This document shows, in pieces, positions 25,856-34,343 of a DNA stretch of 36,350 bases. Within the stretch, counting starts at the first letter, position 1. Each line of letters begins with the position of its first letter. Position numbers and translations under genes: made by a program. This stretch comes from a virus: positions 1-36,350 of the IMG/VR virus record IMGVR_UViG_3300031565_000168. The stretch is one strand, 5' to 3'. The notes under the pieces are model-generated. The model was not told where the DNA came from. It worked only from the letters and a program-made list of their open reading frames with translations, and did no database searches.

Positions 25856-28111
25856 GTGGCGATAGATACAAACAATAAAAAGCTTGCCTTAATAACGTAT
25901 CATCAGCCGTGGAATACCCCTATACCAATATCGGTTGATGGATTAGGGCAGGACGACAAACAACATCTATTGTGGGAATATCCTGGGCTCCTGTGGTCAG
26001 CAATGGCAGGATATGATCTCGACATTGACGGAGCGATGCTGCTCAAATCCGACGAGCCGTATCATTGGTTCATTCTCAATGCCGACGATGGAGCCGCCGG
26101 CGTTTACGATGCCGACGATGCGATCGCAAACGATCGATTTGATACATACGATAAATGCGGATTCGACACGATCGAGAGTGCGTTGATTCATCCCTGGGCG
26201 GTAGCGTATAGTGATAAACCGGTATGGGGCAAGCTTGAGGATCTTGCGGAGGCTATACTTGCTCGATCGATGGGCGTCGATTGGTCGGGGGCTTTTCGAT
26301 ACCGGTCACGATACGAAGAAGAGGATGGCGAAGATCCGAGTGCGATTGAAGATATCACAGATAGTGACGTTCCCGATATATCATCGAACATCGAGAGGGC
26401 GACACATAATCATATCGTCATTCATGGGGCGCTTATCGAAAAAATGACGACCCGAAAATTGATGTGGTCAGCACACGGCTCTTCTCTTGGAGCTTACAAT
26501 AAGGGAGAAGCTATCATTATTGCAGATGGCGCATATTGGCCCGATCCCGATACATACGGTCCCTATTTGGCAAAATTCAAAACAGGTCCGATAGAGGGCC
26601 CGGGACGATATCATCTTACATGGCTACAGGATATCGATGAGCACACAATGATTGGGGCTAAGACCGTTACTAAGGTTATGAATGCGACAGATACCACCGG
26701 AACAGAAGATCTAGATAGTGATTTTACACAAATCATATTTAATGTCCTGCCGAGCGGTGTAGAAATTAAATATAGAAATGATGCTGGCAAGATTATATAT
26801 CTATGGTGCTATGGGATTTATGGATTGCCAGTCTATAAGGTTGGAGGCAAAGGGGCTGTCAATTCTGGATTCGTCCATGATTATTTCAAAGACGTAAGCG
26901 ATATCCGAAAGAATGGAGAGAAAACCCTCACTATTGCAAACGATTTTCTCATCGGCAAAACACAGATAGAGAAGGTCGCCGAATATCATTGGAGAGAGCG
27001 CCAAGCAAGACATCAGTATCGTCAATCTCTACAGGGCAATAGACTTTATCTGCTGCCCGGTGAATGGGTCAATGTCGATGTCGGCAGCGCGGGATACCAT
27101 GAATATCTTGATTACAAGGGCGAGTTTCGAGAAATACATTGGTCGTGGGATGCGAAGGGTACTGAGCGAACAGATGTGATTATCGATGAGCAAGAAAGCA
27201 ACTGGAAAGCACAAAGCAATTATTCTGCACGATTCGAAGAATATGGACATCCTTATAAAGAGCCGGACGCGCAGAACCAGGCGATCGTAGTAGCCGCAAG
27301 CGATAGTGCTGATATTGCAAACTTTTATTGTGACGGTACGAGTGACGAGGAGGAGATCAATGCCGCAATCGATTATCTCGCCGCTCTCGGGGGCGGGACG
27401 GTACAGTTGACAATCGGGACATTTTATATCGATGGCAAGATCGTTATGAAAAGTAATGTTCAATTAGTGGGACATGGCCATAATACAATAATCGAAAGGA
27501 ATTGTAATACTTATGGAATAGACGCCGTGGGGGGTGCCGGAACTGAATTAACCGGGATTGTCTTAAGGGATTTCAAAATCACGAGAAATGCTGCTGATAC
27601 GAATCTTTTTTCCCTGGTTCATTTTAGTTATGTCAACAACTCAACAATAGAACATTTGTTAGTAGAAAATGCAGCTTATCATGGCATACGTGCCGTTCTC
27701 AGTGATAATAATAAAATAATCAACTGCATTATAGATACCACCATAGATCAGGATGGTCTTTATTTAACGGGTACAAATAATATAGTTACCGCTAACGTTG
27801 TTGGTGGGGCCGATGACATAGGAATACACATACTGGGAAATGAAAATAATATATCTAATAATCAAGTGAGCGGTTCCGGCGGTCATAATATTATTTGTGG
27901 TGGCAATGATTGCATAATTAAAGGGAACGTAGCACGGGATGGAAGCGCCGACGGTATATATCTAAACAATTCATCGAGAAATATTATTACGAGTAATCAG
28001 TGTTTTGGAAACACTGTAAACGGGATACATATAATGGGGACCTCCGCTCATAATGATCTGGCTAATAATACGTGTTATAACAACGGAGGAAGGGGTATTT
28101 ACATTGAGTGA
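25856..28111 (+). CDS. Tailspike with a right-handed parallel beta-helix (depolymerase-like)
   Basis: C-terminal third has repeated N-x-I-x-x-N / G-I-x-I coils (NIISNNQVSGSGGHNIICGG, IIKGNVARDG, NIITSNQCFGN, GIHIMG, GIYIE). GTG start. Confidence 0.8.
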   Translation: MAIDTNNKKLALITYHQPWNTPIPISVDGLGQDDKQHLLWEYPGLLWSAMAGYDLDIDGAMLLKSDEPYHWFILNADDGAAGVYDADDAIANDRFDTYDKCGFDTIESALIHPWAVAYSDKPVWGKLEDLAEAILARSMGVDWSGAFRYRSRYEEEDGEDPSAIEDITDSDVPDISSNIERATHNHIVIHGALIEKMTTRKLMWSAHGSSLGAYNKGEAIIIADGAYWPDPDTYGPYLAKFKTGPIEGPGRYHLTWLQDIDEHTMIGAKTVTKVMNATDTTGTEDLDSDFTQIIFNVLPSGVEIKYRNDAGKIIYLWCYGIYGLPVYKVGGKGAVNSGFVHDYFKDVSDIRKNGEKTLTIANDFLIGKTQIEKVAEYHWRERQARHQYRQSLQGNRLYLLPGEWVNVDVGSAGYHEYLDYKGEFREIHWSWDAKGTERTDVIIDEQESNWKAQSNYSARFEEYGHPYKEPDAQNQAIVVAASDSADIANFYCDGTSDEEEINAAIDYLAALGGGTVQLTIGTFYIDGKIVMKSNVQLVGHGHNTIIERNCNTYGIDAVGGAGTELTGIVLRDFKITRNAADTNLFSLVHFSYVNNSTIEHLLVENAAYHGIRAVLSDNNKIINCIIDTTIDQDGLYLTGTNNIVTANVVGGADDIGIHILGNENNISNNQVSGSGGHNIICGGNDCIIKGNVARDGSADGIYLNNSSRNIITSNQCFGNTVNGIHIMGTSAHNDLANNTCYNNGGRGIYIE

Positions 28112-28514
28112 CAAGAACATTATAGGCGCGAACAAATGTACCGGAAACACGGTTGAGGACATTACCGATGGCGGTACAGACACAATATTCGTTGCCAAAA
28201 TCCAGACGCTTACATACACGGGAAACGGGGCGATTTCATACCACATTGATACAACTATTCATCCGATATATGTACGAATATGGAACCGAGAAACCGTAGA
28301 TGGGAACCCCGTATATATTTGTGAGACTACAAATACCATTGTTGATGACCATGCAAGTGGCGCAGCTATTAGAATACAGAACGTAGCAGTCGAAATGCGT
28401 ATCAATATGATTATCTCGCTTGAAGCTGATGGATTTACGGTTGATGACGGTGGGGCGGATGAACACCCGAACAAAAGCGGACAAGTATATAATGTTTTTG
28501 TTTTGGGCTATTAA
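28104..28514 (+). CDS. Tailspike C-terminal module in the +1 frame (separate TTG-initiated ORF or frameshift continuation)
   Basis: It begins SDKNIIGANKCTGNT, continuing the beta-helix coil pattern. It then has YTGNG...IYVRIWNRE...DGFTV...NKSGQVY, a jelly-roll-type fiber domain. GGAGGAAGGGG lies 8 nt before the TTG at 28104. Confidence 0.6.
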   Translation: MSDKNIIGANKCTGNTVEDITDGGTDTIFVAKIQTLTYTGNGAISYHIDTTIHPIYVRIWNRETVDGNPVYICETTNTIVDDHASGAAIRIQNVAVEMRINMIISLEADGFTVDDGGADEHPNKSGQVYNVFVLGY

Positions 28515-29051
28515 ATGACTGAATCGCAGATCTACACATTCGACAACCTCGGAGCCGAGGAGCTCGACCACTACAAGGGGAAGAGGATCTTCGAGCGGCA
28601 CGAACTCATAAGCTATCCGTTCGTCCGGCACTTCGACGACATGGCGAGCGATGGCAAGGTGATATATAGAGATTTGCATCCTGCGATATTGATCCATGAT
28701 TTCAATAACTACGAACATGGGAAAGGGAGTGCTCATTATGGCGACCCGGACGGAGGTGAATGCGTTGCATGCGATTTCCGCTGGCGCGGACTCTCATTGT
28801 ACGAGGGATTGATGCTCGCGTTCAAATGGCAGTTTGCAGGAATATTCATTTATCCCTTTGCTCGAACGCCCTTTATTCATGCCGACTGGAAGACATGGAA
28901 TCGCCCGGAAGGAATCGTAACATTCGGTTATCGGGACAAGGATGGGGGAATGGTAACGTGTAATACTGATTTTCCGGCAGTACTGCAGGTGTTCGATTTA
29001 TTGCCAGAGATGATGAATAATAACGGAGATCCTCGGAATGGAGCGGATTGA
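28515..29051 (+). CDS. Peptidase M15-like endolysin
   Basis: SAHYG....VACDF and GIFIYPFARTPFIHADW resemble the H..G.A.D / fvHvD zinc-peptidase motifs. It precedes membrane proteins. Confidence 0.55.
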   Translation: MTESQIYTFDNLGAEELDHYKGKRIFERHELISYPFVRHFDDMASDGKVIYRDLHPAILIHDFNNYEHGKGSAHYGDPDGGECVACDFRWRGLSLYEGLMLAFKWQFAGIFIYPFARTPFIHADWKTWNRPEGIVTFGYRDKDGGMVTCNTDFPAVLQVFDLLPEMMNNNGDPRNGAD

Positions 29052-29512
29052 TGGCTGACCTCATTAAAGAAATAAGTAACCGTGCAGAGCAGGCATTGAA
29101 CATCGCCGATCAAGCGGTAATAGATAAAGACAAACTAAACGAATTAAAGTTTAATCTACATCAGATTATTGCAACATCGATGCTTACAGGCAAGGGTTCC
29201 TCGATCACGAAGATAACGATATGTAGTCTCATCTCATTCGTCGTTGTCACAGTCATGCTCAAATGGTTACTCGGTCAAGGACTTGGCGATGATGGATTAC
29301 AGGTATTAACGCTTATTACCCCGCTTATCGGTATGCTGACGGGAGCATACGCAGCGGGGAAGACGATACAGAAAGTAACGGCGACTAAAAACGATAGTCA
29401 AACGGCTGCAGGAGGTAATTACAAAACGCGATCCCCTAAATCATATCAGCCTACATACAAGCAGACTAGGCGACCATCAGATACTATACGGGATCATCCA
29501 GGAGGGCGGTAA
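29051..29512 (+). CDS. Holin-like membrane protein
   Basis: Two hydrophobic segments (ITICSLISFVVVTVMLKWLL; VLTLITPLIGMLTGAYAAG) and a basic tail. TGATG coupling to the endolysin gene. Confidence 0.55.
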   Translation: MADLIKEISNRAEQALNIADQAVIDKDKLNELKFNLHQIIATSMLTGKGSSITKITICSLISFVVVTVMLKWLLGQGLGDDGLQVLTLITPLIGMLTGAYAAGKTIQKVTATKNDSQTAAGGNYKTRSPKSYQPTYKQTRRPSDTIRDHPGGR

Positions 29513-29516
29513 TAGT

Positions 29517-29867
29517 ATGCCAAACTTAAATCATAATACGCGATACGATGAAATATGCAAACCCAAATTCAAAAGACTAGAAAATGCTTTGGTTGCCTTC
29601 AAAAACAAAATTGGAGAGTTTGAAAAAAAGCTAGAAAAATTTGAGGATATGCTAAAAGATTATACTATAAATCAAGTTCTGGATGAAGGAATGGAGGCTA
29701 CCATGTCATCACTTAAAGAATCATTAAAAGGTCATATTGACGAGCATAAGGAATATCTGAAAGAAAAGAGACAGGGCAAACGAAAGTTCTGGATGACATT
29801 ATCAACTGGAATTATAACAGGTCTAATCATAACCCTATCAACTATTGTATTAATGAAAGTGCTGTAA
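29517..29867 (+). CDS. Coiled-coil protein with a C-terminal TM anchor (lysis accessory or spanin-like candidate)
   Basis: C-terminus FWMTLSTGIITGLIITLSTIVLMKVL. Confidence 0.5.
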   Translation: MPNLNHNTRYDEICKPKFKRLENALVAFKNKIGEFEKKLEKFEDMLKDYTINQVLDEGMEATMSSLKESLKGHIDEHKEYLKEKRQGKRKFWMTLSTGIITGLIITLSTIVLMKVL

Positions 29868-30145
29868 TCTAATGTCCTGCTCCGCCTGTTTCGACGATCT
29901 CCCCGCTAAAATCATTATAAATCTCGCTAAAATAAGACCGTCTCAAATGTACCACACAATATATCAAAATACCTTTAATTGCTGGACATTGTGGTAGTTA
30001 GCGGACACGGCGGATATACCGGGAGGATAGTAATTAATACCATACAATATTGCTGTATTTTGATGATGTCTTTATATATATGGAGTTACGTTATTTTTCA
30101 GACTCTTCGCTAAACTCTCCGCTAAAAATAGCGAAATAAAAAAGA
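29868..30145. other. Candidate attP region with four CTCyyCGCTAAA(A) repeats
   Basis: Noncoding AT-rich gap at the 3' side of the integrase operon. cgctaaa occurs at 29904, 29925, 30108 and 30120, all in the same orientation. Confidence 0.45.
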
Positions 30146-30367
30146 TCAAACATCTTTACTTTTTCCCGCATCACGATTAAAAATTTCTGAATATTTTACC
30201 CCTTCTTCTTGTATTATATTGGACGGAGCTTCAATAGTAACATCGGGTTCATCTATTATATTTATATCTTCTTTACAGATGATGAATCCCCGCAAGCAAG
30301 GAGGGTATATAATCGTATATTCCCCCATGCCATATTCTTCGAATTCAATGTCTATTGTGCCTTTCAT
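30146..30367 (-). CDS. Hypothetical AT-rich protein co-transcribed with the integrase
   Basis: ATGA-type overlap with the integrase stop. Confidence 0.55.
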   Translation of the reverse strand: MKGTIDIEFEEYGMGEYTIIYPPCLRGFIICKEDINIIDEPDVTIEAPSNIIQEEGVKYSEIFNRDAGKSKDV

Positions 30368-31470
30368 TTAATCCGCCTTTCTTTAAAAATCTGAATACCC
30401 TTCATTTCCTTCGCAATTCTATCGACAGTGTATCCGTATTCGCCATCGTAGTCAAGCGTCATTTTAAGGTCACTGTGCCCCATAATCCGCATGATATCGC
30501 GGGTCTTAAATCCGAGGTCGTGCATGTGAGTTGAGAAGAAATGTCGAAATGAATGAAGCGTATAGTGGGGGAGTTTGAGATTGATGAGAAGTGGGGATAA
30601 TACCGTATCCGTCCAGGAGCGAGCATTGAGAGGACGGCCCATTTTGCCAGGGAATAGCCATAGAGAATGTATACGCTCTGCGAGCCATATCTCGAGGTAT
30701 TCGGCGAGCTCCGGAAGTACCGGAACAACGCGAACGCTCTTGCGAGACTTCGGAGACGTGATCCGGCCGGCGTGATATTGCTGTATTATGTGAATGCGAT
30801 CGGATTCGACGTGTTCTTTCTGAAGACCGAATATCTCAGCACGGCGTAAACCGGCGAGAGCAGCCAGCCCGACGATAGCCCGTCCCTGGGGATCGAGGTT
30901 GCGGAGGACGATTTCAACATGCTCGATCGGTGGCTGCAATGTCCGCGTCGGGATCCGTTCCGGGAGTTCGACGGCAGCGGCCGGATTGACGTAGATCATC
31001 CGCTGTTTGACCGCGTAATCGAGAGCCTGCCGGATCTTCATTATTGCTTCCCGGACATAGTTCTGAGAATGATTGTCGAGGAGATTGTCGAGGAGATTGT
31101 CGATCATCTCCGGGGTGATCTTGTGGATAGGGAGATCGCAGTATTGATTGAGTGCCGACCGGACGAGGCTTGAAGTCGTCTCACAAGTCGACTGCTTGAT
31201 CTTTCCGAGTCGGACCCGGCGCTGGAGGTGCTCACAATATACGGTCACAAAATCGCTGATAGTATCTGTAGTCTTCGGAACGAGCTCACCTCGCTTGATC
31301 CTTTCAGTGAGTTTATCGTGGAGAGACCGTGCCTCGGCAACAGTCGGACAGATCGAGGTGGTGTGCAGCTTTTTCGTGCGGGGATTCCAGGCCGCGCCAT
31401 AATATCGCGTCACGGTTCCTCGCCTGGTTTTATAGATGCGCTTGTAGATTCCTTTCGGAAGTCGGGGCAA
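30364..31470 (-). CDS. int: Tyrosine recombinase (phage integrase)
   Basis: GLRRAEI (box I Arg), LHSFRHFF (H-x-x-R), GHSDLKMTLDY (catalytic Tyr region). Confidence 0.9.
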   Translation of the reverse strand: MPRLPKGIYKRIYKTRRGTVTRYYGAAWNPRTKKLHTTSICPTVAEARSLHDKLTERIKRGELVPKTTDTISDFVTVYCEHLQRRVRLGKIKQSTCETTSSLVRSALNQYCDLPIHKITPEMIDNLLDNLLDNHSQNYVREAIMKIRQALDYAVKQRMIYVNPAAAVELPERIPTRTLQPPIEHVEIVLRNLDPQGRAIVGLAALAGLRRAEIFGLQKEHVESDRIHIIQQYHAGRITSPKSRKSVRVVPVLPELAEYLEIWLAERIHSLWLFPGKMGRPLNARSWTDTVLSPLLINLKLPHYTLHSFRHFFSTHMHDLGFKTRDIMRIMGHSDLKMTLDYDGEYGYTVDRIAKEMKGIQIFKERRIK

Positions 31471-31482
31471 TCGTTAATCCAT

Positions 31483-31791
31483 TTAAAAGGGATATTGAAA
31501 ACAGGGGTCACCGACCGGATGAGAAAATGTCATTACAAACTTCATACCATCAGGATATCGATATGTGACTGTATAACTACACCAATGCTCGTCACAATCA
31601 GGTCCCGCACAGCTAACAAGATCAATATCTTCAGGTGATATTCCCTCATCGCTTGCTAAAACTTCTCGCCATTTTTGAATTACATCACCGAGAGAAAGAC
31701 ATTCCTTTTCTTGTGTGGGTAGATGGACAAATTGACAGGAGGAGATTAACATCAAGATTGATGCAGCAAGTGCAATAATAGCGTACTTCAT
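31483..31791 (-). CDS. Lipoprotein (lysogeny-module moron)
   Basis: MKYAIIALAASILMLISSC: signal peptide with lipobox I-S-S-C. SD ggagg upstream. Confidence 0.7.
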   Translation of the reverse strand: MKYAIIALAASILMLISSCQFVHLPTQEKECLSLGDVIQKWREVLASDEGISPEDIDLVSCAGPDCDEHWCSYTVTYRYPDGMKFVMTFSHPVGDPCFQYPF

Positions 31792-31918
31792 TTTATACCT
31801 CCGTCAAAAAAATATTTCCAATCGAATCCTCTTTAAGCAGAATTCTTGACTATGCTACCAAAAAAAATAATCAGGCAATCATCCCGGCAGTAGTAGCTCC
31901 ATTTGTCGGCAACTTTTT

Positions 31919-32206
31919 TCATGGTTGCTGCCCCGGGTTTGGAGATCCTCTGGCACGTTTATTTTCAGGCAATTCTTCATTGAATGATTCATTTTCTAAA
32001 TAATCTATTCTGATATTTTTCCACAGGATATTAGGTGTAATGCCTAAAGCTTCGCAGATTTTGCATGCTATATCGAAATTTGGCATTCGACTATATTTTT
32101 CAATATAGGATAAGTTTGTTTGTCCAATGCCTGATTCTCTTGATAAATCCCCTTGTAACCAATTCTTTTTTTCCCTTAATAATCTTATGAAATCTCCAAT
32201 TTTCAA
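31919..32206 (-). CDS. XRE-family HTH repressor (CI-like)
   Basis: IRLLREKKNWLQGDLSRESGIGQTNLSYIEKY; divergent from the early operon. Confidence 0.8.
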   Translation of the reverse strand: MKIGDFIRLLREKKNWLQGDLSRESGIGQTNLSYIEKYSRMPNFDIACKICEALGITPNILWKNIRIDYLENESFNEELPENKRARGSPNPGQQP

Positions 32207-32284
32207 TGTTATTCACGACCTCTCTTTCTCCCTCCCAATTACAAATAAGAATATAACATTTAGCATAAAATAATCAATAAGTTT

Positions 32285-32341
32285 TTCTAAATATTTTAGA
32301 AATAAACCTTGACTTCTCTTTTAGAATATGTCATTGTATAA
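32285..32341. promoter_or_regulatory. Genetic-switch region: 17-bp operator palindrome plus early-right promoter
   Basis: ttctaaa-tat-tttagaa (32285-32301). TTGACT (32309) - 17 nt - TGtCATTGT with a tttagaa half-site in the spacer. Confidence 0.55.
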
Positions 32342-32554
32342 ATGATAAATGCTATATGGGGATTGAAAATGACCAAGAAATCCAATAAAACATCAAAGTT
32401 CATCAGGGAATACGGTCTGACCCTTATCGAGCTGGCGGAAAAATATAGGGCAAATAAAAGCTATCTTTGGATCCTTCATCAGCGCGGCGATCTACACGAG
32501 TTTATCGACGAGCAAGAAAGTAAGGAACCCGCCCCCGTAGGGGCTGGGGAATAA
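32342..32554 (+). CDS. Cro-like small HTH regulator
   Basis: YGLTLIELAEKYRANKSYLWILHQRG. The start is ambiguous (ATG 32342, possibly leaderless, or ATG 32369). Confidence 0.6.
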   Translation: MINAIWGLKMTKKSNKTSKFIREYGLTLIELAEKYRANKSYLWILHQRGDLHEFIDEQESKEPAPVGAGE

Positions 32555-32565
32555 AAGGAGGAAGT

Positions 32566-33225
32566 ATGATACAGGAACATGCTAAGGAAATATTTGATTT
32601 AGTACCGCGCGATAGGCTTGATATCATGCCCGTTGAGGAGCTCGTCAAATGGGCAATAGTGGGTCAAGGTTCGGTAACATGGCATCGTGCAAAGTTTAAT
32701 ATGATGGTCAAGTTGGGAGTAAGTGAGGAAGAAAAAAAGAATCTACTCTTCAGTGGACAAAACGTCGGCAAGCTTCTTCTTGATCTTGAGGCAAGAATCG
32801 GAGAGCTATACAAAGAAACGCCATCTTTGCAGGGACAAAGACCAGACTATCCTCTTCGTTCCACAGGGGAACGAAGAACCAAAGAAGAGATATTTGGCTC
32901 TCGAAAAAGGGGTTTACAAGCTCAAGCTATTTCAAATCATCCCGAAGCCGTTGCCGAAATCATCAAGGAGGCAGAAGAGAACGAGGACATTCCCACCAAG
33001 ACGGCTGTATTGAATAAGATCAAACTTCGTAAATATGAAGAAAAACACGAACGCGAACTCGGAATTCCTGATATCAATAAAGTCGCAAATAGCATTTCAG
33101 ATAAACTCACCGATTGCTACACCAAGCTTGTAGAGGTGTGGCCTTACAAAGAAAAAATAGGCATCACGACCCGTCAATTTATCAAGCAGACCATAGAAAA
33201 ACTTTCAGATCTAATGGAGGGATAG
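32566..33225 (+). CDS. Hypothetical early protein
   Basis: SD aaggagga upstream. I recognise no motif securely. Confidence 0.7.
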   Translation: MIQEHAKEIFDLVPRDRLDIMPVEELVKWAIVGQGSVTWHRAKFNMMVKLGVSEEEKKNLLFSGQNVGKLLLDLEARIGELYKETPSLQGQRPDYPLRSTGERRTKEEIFGSRKRGLQAQAISNHPEAVAEIIKEAEENEDIPTKTAVLNKIKLRKYEEKHERELGIPDINKVANSISDKLTDCYTKLVEVWPYKEKIGITTRQFIKQTIEKLSDLMEG

Positions 33226-33654
33226 ATGAAAGAGTTCTATACGATGGCTTATAATCATTTTACCGATGAGGATGGCAATTATCTCCGGGGATATCATAAA
33301 TGTTATTCACCGGAAGATATGATTCGTGAAATGCGTTTGCAATGGAATGGTGATCGTTCTGAACGAATATATAAGGCAGCACAACAGGCACTCTGTTTCT
33401 TCTGCAATCAAGTCAATCAGGACGGCGGGATCGCAGGTGGGGTGAGTTGTAAACCTACTTACTATTTCATTGCTTCTAATGAATATGAAGAGCGTATGAT
33501 CTTCTGTAATCGGCGAAACAATATGATCGGACGCCTCAAGAATAAACTCCTTCAAGGTCGCAATTTCATCGCATTAGATAAAGGTATCAAGCTAATAAGA
33601 GAGATGCGTTTAATCGAATCTCCCAAATCCGATAAGGAGGCCTTCCATGAATAA
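33226..33654 (+). CDS. Hypothetical early protein
   Basis: Start abuts the previous stop. Confidence 0.65.
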   Translation: MKEFYTMAYNHFTDEDGNYLRGYHKCYSPEDMIREMRLQWNGDRSERIYKAAQQALCFFCNQVNQDGGIAGGVSCKPTYYFIASNEYEERMIFCNRRNNMIGRLKNKLLQGRNFIALDKGIKLIREMRLIESPKSDKEAFHE

Positions 33655-34069
33655 GGGAGCAACGATCTGCCTGGTCGTGACTATTCTCATCATGCTGTTC
33701 ATCCTCTTTATGGTCTTCTGTCCTCCGAAAGCTGCAAACGCGGAGGGTTTCCACGGTAATATGAAGGTTGGTTTCACACCCCAAACTGAGGCCGTTGTTC
33801 TCGATCTCAACATTAGCTTTGAGGTATGGAGAGTAACACTGTACGCCGGAGTAGACGCTATTGCAGGTAAAGAAGCATACAATGTTATTGTAGCGAAAAC
33901 CCTACTGAAGAGGACATTTAAGGGAGGCTGTATCTTTGACATTACCGAAAACTTTTATGCGCAGGTTAATCATAGTTATACCGAGCACGTGTACGGAGAG
34001 TTGTTTCGTATCTTTGACCCTCTGAATATAGGCCATCGAACAGATTTATCTGTAGGCTACAAATGGTAG
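33647..34069 (+). CDS. Small outer-membrane beta-barrel-like protein (Lom/Ail/OmpX-like by architecture)
   Basis: Hydrophobic N-terminus ending AANA, alternating beta-strand-like segments, and C-terminus LSVGYKW (aromatic terminal residue). Confidence 0.5.
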   Translation: MNKGATICLVVTILIMLFILFMVFCPPKAANAEGFHGNMKVGFTPQTEAVVLDLNISFEVWRVTLYAGVDAIAGKEAYNVIVAKTLLKRTFKGGCIFDITENFYAQVNHSYTEHVYGELFRIFDPLNIGHRTDLSVGYKW

Positions 34070-34096
34070 GAGGGATTAGATGGTAGGGGTAAAGTT

Positions 34097-34282
34097 TTGA
34101 CCGAGAGCATATTTCTCACGCCTGAAGAAGTAGCGAGTCGCTGGAAATGCGATGAGCGCACTGTTCGCCGGTACTGTTCCGACAAAACACTCAAAGCTCA
34201 TTTTATCGCCGGGAAATGGCGGATCCCGACGTATGCACTCCAGGAGTATGAGGAGAGAGTATGCAACATCGAAAGGAGGTGA
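34097..34282 (+). CDS. Excisionase-family / MerR-like HTH protein
   Basis: LTPEEVASRWKCDERTVRRYCSDKTLKAHFIAGKWRIPTYALQEY. TTG start behind agggg. Confidence 0.6.
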   Translation: MTESIFLTPEEVASRWKCDERTVRRYCSDKTLKAHFIAGKWRIPTYALQEYEERVCNIERR

Positions 34283-34305
34283 ACACTTGATAAATAGAAG
34301 TACTT

Positions 34306-34343
34306 AAAGGGGAAACAGTGCTGTACAGCACATTTTCTCCTTT
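34306..34343 (+). terminator. Long hairpin centred on the palindrome gtgctgtacagcac
   Basis: aaaggggaaaca-gtgctgtacagcac-attttctccttt. A second ggggcg...cgcccc hairpin follows at 34349-34371. Confidence 0.4.

Noticed and set aside
31072-31103. A 12-bp tandem repeat (attgtcgaggag, about 2.6 copies) inside the integrase gene.
   Set aside because: It is in frame and encodes DNLLDNLLDN on the minus strand. It is most simply a slippage duplication in a helical linker, and there is no evidence of a regulatory role.
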